From Balanoglossus misakiensis (Eukaryota; Animalia; Hemichordata), in the NCBI GenBank assembly GCA_040954595.2, contig CM082577.2, positions 7,589,846 to 7,653,845 of the forward strand: a DNA stretch of 64,000 nt, written 5' to 3'. Below, piece by piece: positions 1-14,375 of this stretch (its first letter is position 1; every line of letters begins with the position of its first letter). The notes under the pieces were generated by a model. The model did no database searches. It had not been told where the DNA came from and saw only the letters and a program-made list of their open reading frames with translations. The translations under genes were made by a program, and so were the position numbers.

Positions 1-2944
1 AAAGGAACAAATGTCGCGTATGGCAAAACCCTGCTACGGAACAAATAATGTCGAAGTGAAGAATTCCTCGAAAATCTGAATCGTAAAAACCAGCAATCAT
101 TTTTCAAATCTTGACAAGGTTCTTGTGTTCCATTCCTAATTAAGTCAAATCTGATAAGATACACAAACTGGTAGTTGTGTGTAATTAACTTTGATAGTAG
201 GGTTAATGACGCCATTCTGATATAGACATGACATTTTAATATAAATGTTAATGGCATACAGCGTGCTCGGTCAGGAAAACTAATAAAATGGATTATTTTC
301 CGATAAATTTGCATTTCATCAGCTGTTGCTTTGCTAGAGCGATATTCCAGCTGTATATTTTTGGTTTTGAAATGAGGTTTGTTTTGTCAAAAGAGAGGTT
401 TCCTAGGAGTAAAGTGAAACGTTTTTCCCGTTTCGTATACGGGTTATTTTTCCTCGTTTTATTTGCATATCATTGATAAGGTAAGAGCCAATGAGAGGCG
501 ATATTTTTCAGTGTAATCTTTCATCAGTCGTGCGAACAATTTTGTCATCTGTCATCTGTATGTCACGTTCTAAAATGGCGCGGTATAGGTTGTCGTGTCA
601 CCAGACTCTCTACAAGCTGGAGCTGTTGGCATTTTTACTGGCGTGTCATCCATCATCTTTTTGACACGAGTTCACACATCCGAGTCCAAATCACTGATTT
701 GTATAACACACAGAATGTATTTATTGCTTTCATGTGAAATTGGATAGATATCACCCGATTGTTTATTTTACAAAATTGCATTTTTTATATTGCATGTGCA
801 TTTTTCAAATGTAAACATAGGTAGTGTTTTCTTTCGAGTGTTGATTCATCCCGTAGCGTGACAATCGACAAGATTTATTACATTCTCTGTCTGTCTAACC
901 AAATTCATATTTCGCTTTTTCCGGTCAATTTTTCACGGACGCTGGTGATGCATGGATATTAAAGATCTGGTCGCGATCCAATCACATAAAATCTCTGTCT
1001 CCATGGCAACTCGCGCGGTGACAATTCTATCGCTGCCAGAAAGTTTAAACAAAGCGGCGTTGAGTTTCTGCCGTCTCTGATATTCTAAACAGTTCCTTAA
1101 ACTTTCGTTTATCACGAACGCGCAATTTCTAGTTATTAAAAAGTAAGTGTACGTGATGTGCTTTCTCAAGTACACGTGGTTTTGTCAGTTCCATCGACGT
1201 GATTCTCGTTGCGCACAGTGGCCCCCAACTAAAGCTCATATACACAGGCGTCGAGACGAAATGTCACCGACTGCAGGAATGATGATGGCTCGCTTCCGAT
1301 GTGTGATAGCAGCATAGAATATGAGATAATAAAGGAACGTGCAGGAACCCGCAGTAGGCTGCATTTGCAGTGGCAGGTTCACGCATTCACAACGTAAACC
1401 GGAAATACCCGTCAGTGCTTTCAGTACGAGACACAAAGTTCTCTATGACGAATTATAAGATCATATCTCAGAATCTGTCCCCGTTATAACGCTGTCAAGG
1501 GGGAGGCCTCTCTGAAACGACAAAGTCTGGCAATCGACGTACAGAATCCAGGCGACACAGTTATTCCACTGAAAGAAATAACGATGTGAACGACTGCGCG
1601 TCTCTGCCTGTAAAACACTGGCCCCGCATATTAATCTGTAAACCACTTAGAAAATGGACGTCTTTTTAAAGCGAGTCTAGTGCAGAAAGAAAAGCTAATT
1701 TCGAAAAATACGGTAATAAACCGAATTCGACCAATCTCGGTAATTGGAATAATAACGTATTATTAAACCAAACAAACCATGAAACGTGTGCTGTGAATAT
1801 TTCTTGCGAGACGCCGTAGTCAGTAATACCCAGTTCCAGGTGAAACAAAATTCCAATCGACACGAGTACTATACACCTCATTTTGAATAGAGGATTCTAG
1901 TGACGCCGACAGCGATAATTTAAAATAGTTTAAATCAATGAAGTCAACGAGTCAATAGACAATACGCAGAGCCTAGGGTATAATCTCTGCGCATATGCTT
2001 ATCGAGGTAATAGTCTGCTATATTTGCCCAACTCCCCCTCGGCAATTCAGAAATTGTAATCTATACGGCGCACGTCCTTGTTCTAGGGAGCGTTCAATTC
2101 ATACGGCCGGAGGGGGAGTGGATGTTTATCTCTGATTTTTGGTCAATTACATTTTAGCGTAAATCAAAAACGGTGACACCGGGGACGAGAGTACACATTG
2201 TTGAAATTTCTGGTTGGAGACCTATCTACTAAATCCGAAATCTCCCGATAATATTAAGAGGAAAATGCATATTATGTGCATCGGTTTTTCGAAAGCCACA
2301 TTCCCCGCCAAAACGACTACGCCCGCCGGGAACCCTATAAAGTACAGTGCCACAAAATTCCTTAAACTATGAACTGAGTAAACCAATGTAGTATCATAGT
2401 ATAAATAGTTTCCTTGAAACTTGAAATCAATACGGTTTTGCTTTTAAACATGTCATTGTTGTTTTCTATTAAACCATTTAAGATAAAATATGTACAAAAA
2501 TTAATTTTATAATTATTATCTCAAGAGCTTATTTACACTGGAAAACAGTAATTTTCCTTAGTGTGTCCGATGTGGCTCCTCGTTGACAACGTTATAAAGC
2601 TCCGGTTGAAATTAAACCCAATTGGCCTCCATTCCCGCTATAATTACTTTATTGGCATAAAGATCACCTGTCTTGTGACACCACGTGTGAGAAAATGATT
2701 GGGATCAAGCAGGGCTGAGTCATGTTCTTTGGAAAAAAAATCTAAAATTAGAGTAAAACAGAATTCGACAAAGAAACAATCAGTGTTGCTTGGACACATC
2801 AGCAGAGTTTTACTTAAAAAACGTTTTCTGTGGTCGGTCACTTTTTCTACATCCTAAAGTCGTGATGTTCCACATGGTATAATGAATGTCATTATGAAAT
2901 TTAAAGCAGTGTAAATATTAGTTAGAAAAAAACCTGTATATCTT

Positions 2945-3200
2945 ACATGAAATTTAGTCGCAATCAACGGTCTTTGTTGGCTTAACTTCGTACTTGAGAT
3001 GGGGAGCTATAGAATGAAGGGCGAATATGGTGTCCGCATGCGCAGATTTTGCGATGAGAATATTGTACAGGATGAATAGCACTTCATATTTGAATGTCAA
3101 CAATATCAGCAACTGTGACATACTGACCTTGAAACTACTCCGAACAAGTTTCAGGATGGACCATCCAAAGATACACTTAAAATGCCTATTTTCTGAACCG
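2945..3200 (+). mobile_element. Degenerate 3' fragment of a non-LTR retrotransposon (LINE ORF2 C-terminal CCHC region)
   Basis: Manual translation across stops and a frameshift gives KFSRNQRSLLA*LR..., LEMGSYR..., RMRRFCDENIVQDE*HFIFECQQYQQL*. This matches the LINE ORF2 C-terminal pattern R.QRS.LA.LR...IETGRY...R.C..C...VEDE.HF.F.C..Y..LR. In-frame stops show it is dead. Confidence 0.7.
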
Positions 3201-3871
3201 GTTAGCCGATTGAAAAGGCTTTCCATAAGCGAAAGGAGACTCCGTACATGCATGCACAATGCTCTTGCATTAAACATACGTTCACTCACTCGTTAGTAAA
3301 CTTTGTTCTATTTTACACCTTCAACTATACCTGCGTTGTGTACGAAAGATTGAATGGAGACTTACAACAAGCCCATTAGGCTGGGAGACTCATGGAGTTG
3401 CGAGTCACAATTACTTCTATGAGACCGTGAAACAAGCTTATCATTCAGTGTGAAATCTGGCAACAATCGTCCCTTAAAGTGCATCGTCCCCTTAATGTAA
3501 CGTCTGTATGTGACGTAGAGGTCTTATTAAAATATGCAGACATGATAGGTTTGATAACTTCTGCATATATTCCTTGTTTAAATTTTCATCGGATATTCTT
3601 GCCTTGACAGCTGCCTCGTCCCATGGTAAAAAATATTTTCGTCAATTTGATATTTTTGTCTTTCTTCCCCCTCACTCCATCATTCCGTTCTTTCTTTCTT
3701 TTCAACTGTAACATCAAAATATAATTTGCAATTCTTCTGCATGTTAGCAATTTTCTACGGAATGGTGCTAAGTGTAAACAAAAGACTTTGCAGAAGTTTT
3801 GCAGATGTTGATTGAGACAATTTGTCGGGGAAAGAGAAAAATCCTGTTAACTCCTTCTGTCGCCATGTCAT

Positions 3872-3932
3872 ATCTCTGTGTCTATCTGTCTCTATCTCTG
3901 TCCGTATGTCTCTCTGTCTGTCTCTGTCTCTA
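3872..3932. repeat. Imperfect (TCTGTC/TCTATC)n microsatellite
   Basis: Directly visible hexamer-like tandem repeats. Confidence 0.8.
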
Positions 3933-6900
3933 TGGTCATAAGGCACAATAAAAAATCGTCTGTATGCTAGGTACAATAGACAGGATTTGTTTTGAAGAAA
4001 ATGCTGATGGTCTTCTGAGGGGTCGTTTCTGGATCAAAGTCTCACAGGTATGCAGAAAAAAACACCATCAATTGTCAGAACCGTAAACACTGAATGGTCA
4101 TCCAAGTGTCTTTTGTACAGCACCGTAAATTGCCCTCCGACTGCGCGGATTTGTTTTGCGGCGTTGCTAAGCGTCGTTATGCGCTCTCAATACAACGACC
4201 AATCATCCCAAGGTTTTATAGTTTTGAAAAAAAAAATGAGATTCCTTGTAAACTGTTTTTGAATAACATAGTAACCAAACAGGCATCAATTATGCACACG
4301 TGAAAGGCGAAACGGCCTGGTCGGCTATCGAAGACACAAACGCTAAGCCTTGCACACGAAGCGGAAGAGACTCATTTAAGATGCCTATGCTCAGCGAGTT
4401 TCACTGAGCGACTGTCTAAACATATATATATACCATCCGCTTTATATATTTAAAAGTTACAGGTGTTATGTCTTTGCCCTTTTTATGAATGTACAGCTTG
4501 GTTTCGTATTTCCGCGACGCCTGAAAGGCTCGGTGCGCGGAGTCTCGATTTCAACATCCGGGCAGATGCGGATTCAATGTTGAAGGCAGTCAGTGACTTC
4601 GTGACGACATTAATAATTTACAGATAACAGTCCGAGGAAATTTTCCTTTTCATGGACGGCGGTTGAAACGTGACTGAATCAATCGATCCATTGCGATTTC
4701 CCCAGTTTGGTGCTCGCATCACCCATCCAATTTGACTACGCGAATGGTGCTTCGGAGTCTGAAGTTAGCGTGGCGGCCATTTTGAATTTCAAATTTGAGA
4801 CAGTTTGACATTTTTGTGTACCGTCATTCGAAAATTCGCGCGGTGAACCCCGATTTTTATACTGAAGAATCTAAAGTTGGCTTGATCAAGATACGAGAGA
4901 AAAGTGTAATATTTTGATTTTCGAGGGAAATTTTACCTTAAGATTTATGAAGTAGCGGTTCGTGTGGTACTGCCTGGTGACTCACAGCGTGATCATAATG
5001 TATAGCAGTCATGCATCGTGTGGGCACAGCCATGATCCCTCTGACCCATTTCTTTTGCAAAGTTTGCTTGCAAAACCAGCCACAATAGACGGTGCTCTCC
5101 ACAAAAACCACGGCGCATAATAGCCTCGGTTCTTTATTCAACACGGAATCAATAGACTTCATACCAATTAAACACTGGCTAATGTGTTCCCGTGCGGTTA
5201 TTATATTTTGGAGAATGTTGGAAAATAAAGGCCTTTGTCACCGCTAAGACGAATAATCTAAGCCGAGTCCGTTATTCCTAAACAGCGGACTCCTTTCTTT
5301 CCGTTTGTCGATCGAGTCTCACTGTCCGTAATATTTATCTTTCTTCCTTTTCTGCAAAATTCTACTGCATATTGGTCAATGACTCGTCAAAATAATCCGA
5401 ATACATGTAATTTCTGCCCGAGGCAATGTGCTTTCGTGTCTGGGTTCCTCGTCGTCTTTTCTCTCCAGTTTCTCCGTCTTCTTACGACCTCACGCCCATC
5501 TTTAGGCCTGACCCAACCCCAGCTTTACATCGGACACTATCTAATATACACAGTCGAGTGACCATGCAGGGCGCAGTGACATAAGTAAACAACCTCAGTG
5601 TCTTCGTAGCATCCTAGTGACAAGCGTATATCGACCTTTCTCCTTCCCCAAACACAGGCACGCGATGTCTGTATATAAACGACGTCGTAAACCGGCGTAT
5701 GCAGACACTCCTGTCATTTGCATAAATGGCTGCATTCACGAAATGAGACGCAAACAACCGCTCCGCGTGACACAAGAACATTACAGTCTACGTGTCAAAA
5801 ACCATTAAATGCTGTATCAACGAATATTTAACGACTGGGCTCTGTTATCTAACTAAAACAGGCAGCTGACCAATTCAGGAAGCGCACAAAGATAGTAATT
5901 CGTTGAATAATACAACTTTTTAGCAGGTCCAAAAACCACTCTTGTTGATGTTAGACACTAACCATTGAGCTAACGCTTGCTTAGAAACCCCGTTCTTTTA
6001 TTTTTATGTGTACTATGTATTCATATGTCGGTCATGATGCACTGACTTCTGTGTAATCTAGTGTATATTGACCAGAGAAAATTTTGAACTGGAGTGCCTT
6101 TGCCCGACAGTCATATTTGGGATTTGAGTTACACTGAACGTATGCATACAACTCCAATCTGCACGCCTATCACCTTGTTTTCTGGATGCCATGTATATGT
6201 ACGGCTGAGACAAGCACGTCTGTAATCACATTATTTCGATCATTTCAGCGACACGTGTTTACGTGTTACTCGCTTCGTTGGGCTATACTCACATCTTCTT
6301 TGCCAGATGAATTCATGTTTGTTCACGGTGCAGGGTTTCAAAGCATTGTAGAGGCTTATTGAAACATAATTGCGTTATAACGACAAAATGTGCATGTATG
6401 CGATACGTTCAAGTACTGTTCTGTCTGGATTGATGAAACATGCGTGATGACCTTACTGTACTGTCTTCAATGGGGAATGCAGCTGATACAGACCGCTAAA
6501 ACATCACTGGTTTTTTGTGATCAATGTTTCGCAACACCTGAATACGATGATGATTTCATCCCACTTTCTACATCCACCCGCGTTTATTTTATAATTTGAC
6601 CACTCGTTCAAATGCCAGATGTTTTGCCAATTCTAATAGTTTTCGCAGGGTATATTTTTATATGTGAAAGTTTGGGGTCAGTGAGTAGAAAATGAGGTAC
6701 AGTACATTGTACAGGTCGGGTTATCGGAACCTCACATGTTTTGTCTGACCCGACAAGCTGCAGTTATTCTAAGACCAGTGTTATTTATTTTCGCCAGAAC
6801 CGTTCTGATTTCTGACTTTGTTATTGGATTATAAGATTGACATGTGCATGATTTTTTGATCGAGGAATTCAATTTTCGTAATCACTGGGGACACATCTGA

Positions 6901-9797
6901 TAAATTGCTGAAGTTGCTTCTTCTAGGTTAACGTAATTTTGGAATATACTGATCTAATTGCCACCGGTGGGCTGTTCTAATCACGTGGTATTGTTACCGA
7001 ATATCGAGATTAAAGTCGGCTTCGTTAAACTGTAAGCCGATATTTACCCGGTATGAAACGGGCCTGACACTGGTTTTGCGCTGCATGCCGGGTACTTCAA
7101 ATCCTCGCCTTAAACACTGATGAAATCCTATATACTCACAGCGCCATGGCAACACGCTACAGGTGTTTACAGCCCAGAAATTCTTGGCGCGCTGGAATGA
7201 AATGCCGTCTGCTAGCGCTAGGCTAAATTGAAACATATAAGACGGCGGGTAACAGTAATGGAGTATCCATGAAGAAAATTAGGCAATTGTGTTCGATCTT
7301 AAAAGGGCGGATGTTTGAATTCTGCCTGGTTGTCTTCTAGTGATCTGTAAATTGCATAAAAGCCACTTAAATAAGCCACTTTCTTCGCCCTTTCACTTAA
7401 ACTGCGACCGCAAAACGGCTCCGATTTCTTTGGCTGCCGTAATGAAAACAGTACGGGTTAGCTTTCGCCTCCGTTGAAAGCCGGTTAAGATGTGTCTTTT
7501 TGCCGCGCGCTGCGGAAATTGGAAGTAGATTATCAGAGAAGAGAGGAGATTGCGCACAATGATGTGGCATTGATCTGCATTTGCAATAAACTCGTTGTTG
7601 CAATATCAATCTCGGGGTTATTTTTTTTGCAGCAGCTCTCTGCCAGCAGAATTCGTTCTGAATGCTAAACTGAATCCCTTCAATGACCACTTCCTATGAA
7701 AATATATTATTTTCTCTGGCACTGAAGCGTCGTCACACAAGGACTATCCGTTGTTTTTTCCCCTACGAGCGAATTGTTGTCCTTCGCAACGTGTATTTTT
7801 TTAAAGTCCTGCGATGGCATGTATCTGTTCAAATCTCAGATGTCAAGCCGCTTGAATGCTCGTCGGTTGCAGTCACGACATGTGCCTTTGTGTGCGTGTC
7901 TGTCAGCGAGTACCAGCTGAACGGATGAATGGGCGAGGGGTCCGAAACGGGGAGTACACGTCGCCCGGAGAATGAATGACGAAGCGCCTCAAGCGGTTGC
8001 CGATGCCCCCCTCACTGCCATAATCTCGATTCACCGATGAAGCTTTAGACGGTGGCAGTTTTAGACACCAGTTGTGAGTTCTCGAATTAGAAGATAAATA
8101 AGTAAAAAAAAATTGGAGGTAGCAGCTGTTCGAACAAAGCTTCTACTCCTCGCCTCCGTTCTGCCCTTAACGCGGCCAAGAATGAGATTACGAACGACGC
8201 GATAACTTATAATCTTTTATCAGTTGCAGTAGCTGTTACGTCAAGGGTTAATTCCGAATAGATAATTAGAATGTGCACGTATTATATGACCAAAGCATCG
8301 CTTTCATCGATGTACCCCTTTAAAGGCGGTATCGTAGTTTGTTTACCTGTCCTGGTTGCATTTGACGTAGGCAGGGTTAATGCACGAATAGAATGTAGGA
8401 CAAACTCACTTAAAATATAATTCTACACGTGAAAAGCGTTTAATTAATACAATCTCAGCCGCAAAGTGCGTGCGGCGTGTTTATTCGCAGGTCAAGACCA
8501 TGGCAATTTCCGCGGTAAAGTGGAATTCTGGATTGACTCTCGGCTTTATTGAAATATCGATGCTCAGTTGAAGAAAAAAAAGATCGCGATTCCCTGGGCA
8601 CAAACTCTGGAGGCACACAAAAGCGCGTCTAATCATCGACAATTTTCCTGAAAATAGTCCTCTCTAAACGTTCAATTATCACTTTAGATAGACCGCGTAA
8701 ATGAAGTGCAACCTTTTTCAAAAGAAAACGTTGACCCTCGGCGGGGGAAAGCGCTTCCGCGGACAATTTCTCGTCGGGAAGACAAGATAACAAATAGCGC
8801 CCCCAGGCAGGGTGCTGTCTGCCACCGATCAGTTTGCACGTTTTACCTGGGCTCATTTGATCAAGCAAACTGACTTACAGTAAAGCGAACGGTACCAATT
8901 TATCGAATGTTGGGCTATTTATTCCAATATGTTTTTATTTAAGTAACTGTGATTTAATGACTTTGCAAAGACCGCTTTCACAACGGTTTGTGTGGCGTGA
9001 TGTCTGAGATGGAAATTTGAAAACTATTCAAACATACCGATGTTAACCAGTTTCTTGGCCCTTGACAACACGTTTGCTTTGCAGTGTCGCACAGTAGCCG
9101 CTCCTTGGGAAAATCACTAAAAATTGCCTTTGACGTGTTCATTCGATTCAAGACAGACGAAATTGAAACTGAGGGGAAGTCAGCAATTGATGTTACCGCC
9201 AAGTAATACTCATTTAATGAGTTAAATTGTCTTGAATGAACTCGGCAAATGTGTAGTGCGTGTCCGCGGCTCCGGGTCCACGACCAGGGAATCAGTCGGT
9301 CCGACGCAATGTGCTTTAATATACAATATATGGGCTTGGGTTCAGTGGTCGTTATTAGAAATACACACGTAATACCCCTACACACAAACATAACACAAAG
9401 TTATGAACCCTTTACTCTGTTTCCAAAACATACATACTATTTTCCTGTGGGACCTAAGTCCAAGCTAGCATTTTAGACAATTAAATTATGAGCAATTATT
9501 TACAGCATACCCGCCTGTTGCCATGTCACCTTGTGAATGGGACACACACTGTTATTAATGAAAGTTGACAGTAGACGAAATTAAAATACCTGCTAGGCTA
9601 GTTGCTAGCCGTACATTATCGTTAGATTGCCTTTTTCAGACGTCAGAATCGGGATATGACGTGGCGTGATCGCTATCAGTTTCATTAGTGTGGGGGCGCT
9701 GTAACTGCCGTCAACGAAGCGTACTGCACAATTTTAGCTCCCATGTTCATACGTTTCTGTCAGTGTCCGTATGCCTATCTATCTGCCTGTTAGCCTG

Positions 9798-9820
9798 GTC
9801 TGTCTGTCTGTCTGTCTGTC
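9798..9820. repeat. (GTCT)n microsatellite
   Basis: gtctgtctgtctgtctgtctgtc. Confidence 0.85.
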
Positions 9821-12800
9821 CGTGTCTTCCATATCCAATACATACATGAAGATCAGTTCTGAGCCAAATTCAAATTGATGGACGGGTACTGTTATGAAGT
9901 GGTTAGAACGGATTTGCATGTTAATAAAACTATCAAAGAGCAATGTTGTTTTATCATTACGACTGTCTTTAGAGAGCACCCTGACAGTATTGATATATAA
10001 AGAGAATATCTGGATTGAAATCTGATTACATTTACTACAGAGATATTGATCTTACAAGATTATGACACTACTTTGTGTATCGCACCAACTAACTGATAAT
10101 TTGCATATTAAATAAACTTGAAATCTGTCGGAGAATGCAGATGACAATTATATGCCGTAGACATGAACCAACGTCGTGTGATTGAAACCAGCGACCTCGT
10201 TTCCATTCAGTGAAAGTGGAAATGAACAGCGCCCTCAACCAGCAAGAAAAAAAATCCGCACGAATTCTGCGAAAAAAAGCCCAGGTGATTCTGAAATTCA
10301 TCCGGTCACAACATAAGACGAGCAGGGGAGTTTAACTTTCGTAATAGCGCCTCCCACAGCTGACTTTTACATGTTTAAGGAAATTATCGCGCCAACAATG
10401 GAAAGTTCCTGCCATGCCCACATTCAGCTCAGACCGATAAAACAAACGAACAATTTAGTACACGCACATATTATTTCAAGGACACGTACACAAATCGAAA
10501 AAAAATTACATCAATGCGCTGGCACACATTTTGGCATACAACGGAGAGCAAAAGATAAAAATCCGACGACAGTAACTGATTACGTTCACGGCCAGACTGC
10601 AAAAAACACTTCAATTGAAGACTGCTTTTTATCAGATGCTGGAAAGAATGCCTGTTGGCGTTGCTCAGTGAAATCAGCAAGCCAATACCGAAGTGTTGCA
10701 AGATTGCAGATAGCGTTGTGTCATTCATAGATTTAGTTTGCACGTGTGTAATTTGGTTCAATCTAAAACTTATCACAGAACAACACTCATGGTAAAATTA
10801 GATCGTTATCGCTGCGACAGATACATTCCGACCTCCATAGTCTTACAACAGGAGTAGTCCTTTGCCCGCGATGCCCTCTGTTACTGTTGTTATTGATTCA
10901 TGTGTGCACCGATCTAATCATTTATGTATGTATGTACATGTATGTCCAATGTACGTATGTACGTACATACATATACGCACGCACACAGATGTATGACAAT
11001 CACATGAGCACTAGTTGCGATGTTTGTGTGAAAAACGTGCTGTTACTAGGACTCTATAACTCTTTGTAACCTAAACTATCAGTGGCGTCGTTTTATGAAA
11101 AAAAGAACCGTTTAATTCTTTCCTGTGTTAGTGAATACATGGCTGAAATGATTTCTCGGCGAAAGAAAAGACATGACGTCATGCCTAACACGTTTAGTCT
11201 CTAAGGAAATGACATGGATTTGTCGAGTGGTTCGCGTGTTAGGTGAAATGTCGTATTCAATGCATAAATTAAGTAAGTAATACCATAGACTGCATGTCTA
11301 TGTTCAAAGTAAAGGGATAGAGATGCTGTACTATTTAATGTCAAATCCGAGACTACAATTTCATCCGGAGGGATTATTGATAAGTTTAATGTTCGAATAT
11401 TATTATTTAAGTGTACTTTGTATCCTAGATACAAATATCTCATCGGAGATGCTTTGGAGTATATGGTCCCTTATGGGACGTCAATTTAACTTTCTGTGTT
11501 GATTTACACGCCTTCATGTTAATTCACGAGTGTGAAATGAAGTGTTCCTTGTAGTCTGTAAACGTTGAAATTTTACTGCCAATTCACAAACCATTGCAGC
11601 GCAGTGACAAGAGCAGCAAACAGATATTCATTTCGAGAACAAGTTTAGAAAAAGCACTGCGGCTTCTGATGGGATATGATACCAGGAATCACAATTTCGA
11701 AATTTTCCAATGCCAATAGTCACGATATTATTAATGTTGAACAATAACGCACATATAATAAAATAATGTTGGCAGGTGTGGAAACAATTAAGGGTCCGTT
11801 TAATGACATTTTTTATGATATATCGGCACTATACATTAAGGTTCTCGTTGAAATATTTCAAGGCACAGAAAGCGTTCCCCTTTAAGTCGGAAATGTATCC
11901 ACTTTTATATCGACACGTTTTAGTAGAGTGTAACTGAAGAGAATGCAGCTGCGTAAAACGTAAAAACAACGTCCACTTCCTCCCCAGAGCTCTGCATCAA
12001 ATGCTACTTAGGAAGAAATTTCAAACGCTGGAAGCATTTCCTTGACCAATACATCACTTTCAATTGCGTTAATATTCTCCCTCCTTGGGCTCGTGTCTGG
12101 AAATTCTAATGAACGCCGCTACGCAACCAGTTGGTTGTAGAAACGGGGTCGATGAGGTGTGAAGTCAAAGATCTTTTGTCACGTGACAAAATAAATAAAT
12201 AAATGTATGATTCATGTAAAATATGTGTGTATTCGCCTGGAATGGTGAACAGGTCTAAAACGTACAACAGGTATCATGTTGCAATCACCTGACGAGGTTC
12301 AAGGTCGTCATGTTGTGTTGTGTGATATAAATGGCAGCGGGTTTCTCGTCCCGGTACTATGAGGGCCGTCAACAAATCTTTCACGACATGTCCTGCCCTT
12401 TTGTCGTGTTTTGTCCTTTGCAAGGTCATCTTAACATAGATGTGTACTGAGTACCAAACGAACAGCGGGGCCCATCTTTCAGTTGTAACTTCTGAGGCCT
12501 TTGTAAGCTCTCACGCAGTTGTTGTCATCATACAATGTCGATTGTGGGGGCTCAGAAGAGAGTCTTTAAAAGCACTTGGTGACATTTTCTACAATTGAAA
12601 ATAAAGACGCCAATGCCATGAAGATTTCAGCAGCAAACTTGATAGAATATGTGATCATACGACAACTGGAGTCCGAAAGTCTCCCAGCGCCTACCAAAGT
12701 CAAGTCGCCGCCACGAAATCTGCAGCTGAGAGCCTGAACACGGCGAAAGGGACCAAAGGACAACTTTTACTACGTTACTGAATATTTTGCGATGATGGCG

Positions 12801-14375
12801 ATGATTGTTGCATGGACGACATGGAACCCTCTGTCTGTCTGCCTTTTCTTCTTCTCTGATCTGCAACAATGCCTGATCCGTAGAATCTACAATCGCTTTC
12901 TGAGTGGTCCCTTTTACAATACGACAGACTGAATAAAAAACATCTGTTCTTATGTAAATTCCACAAACCACATTCATCAAAATTGTGTTCCACATGATGT
13001 TTTCCTTTCGCTGATTGAACACTTTGATTGTGTTTGTGTTGAATTGCTTTTGCATCACAGTGTAAGTGGTCAAAATCGGTCAGAGGAACTCGGGGAGTAC
13101 ATAAGCACGGCTCTGTAAATTAACGTTTGTATTCTGCCGGTGCTCCCGCCGAGACCGTATTAGCCATACGACAAAGGCGCATAGTTGCCGCTTCTCCAAC
13201 ATAATCGTGACGACTGAATAGGGTTGTCTTTCCTTCATTGTTGCGCACAGATAAAGCTCAGTGGCCGTGCACAAATCCATCGACGCCAAGTCCGCCCGCT
13301 TTTGGGGTCAGTCGCTCCTCCGGTAAAAACAAACAGGAGCTTGGTAACGACGACGGATAATGTGTAAATACCCCGGACACGGTGACCCGGCGGTAACCCT
13401 ATTCACCCCCTTTTGGGAATTCGTCCTTCGCGGAGAGAAAACGACAGAAGTCAATCCCCTTGTTTCGTTATTGTTTGTTTGTTTGCGTGTTACCTGGTTT
13501 AGTTCTATTGTGTTACCGTGTCCTGTATGGTCAACTGATAAAATCATATGCTGCGCGGCTCCATCGTCGGATTACGCCAAAACACACGGCGTGACACGTT
13601 TCGATTAGACACGAGAAATTAGCAATGAATCCGGAAACAACAGTCGTGGTTGTCAAGTGCGTTTTTCTGTTGCGCACTTGAATTAACTTTCAATTGCGGA
13701 TATTTTGTTTGTTTTCGTTTTTACCCCGGATTTATTTGTGAAAAATTTACCTCGCGGTTCTTTCCACTTAATGAATACGGAATCACTCACCGTCGTCCAA
13801 CGAAGACTGCGGGGTTTTTTTCAACGCGCAACCCCTCTGCTGTCAGACCATCCTACCCCTTTTCGTCACAATGGTACCGTCCCCAATCTGACTAACCACA
13901 TCTCTTATATGCACCTGATGAGATATACAACGCCAGGTCCCACGTTGATAACATTCTTATAGTCAAATTGTGGTGTGTTCTGACGTCGAAACCAAGGCCA
14001 ATCAACGACGGACCACTATTGGTACACCGGCAATGACTTTGCGAACACGGCGAGGACAACAACATCCACCGACTTCGATTCAGTGTCAGAGCCGCAACAC
14101 GTAGACGTGCGAAATAGCGAACATAGGGGAGAGGGATACCCACATCTAGAATTGCGATTCTACTTTCGTGCCACAGCACGTTTACACTCACGACTGTCGG
14201 TGGTCAGTGTTTACAGCGAAAACGGGCGTTGGCAAGGATTCCATGAGTGTTTTATTTTTACTCGTTGGATCGGATATACCGGCTCAATAGATAGCCCTGT
14301 ATTTTTACGGATCGTTCGTGTCCGTCGGCACGTTGTGCGCTGGATTCTAGTTTGGTCTCCCGGAGCCCGAGCCAA

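Noticed and set aside
4770-4941. GGCGGCCATTTTGAATTTCAAA...TTTTACCTTAA segment resembling the end of a non-autonomous DNA transposon
   Set aside because: I could not locate a matching opposite end or target-site duplication in the window; it needs a repeat library.
1-14300. Many 60-150 aa ORFs on both strands (e.g. 12627-13073, 10371-10730, 8978-9391)
   Set aside because: No recognisable domain and no consistent splice chain; their sizes fit chance ORFs in intergenic DNA.
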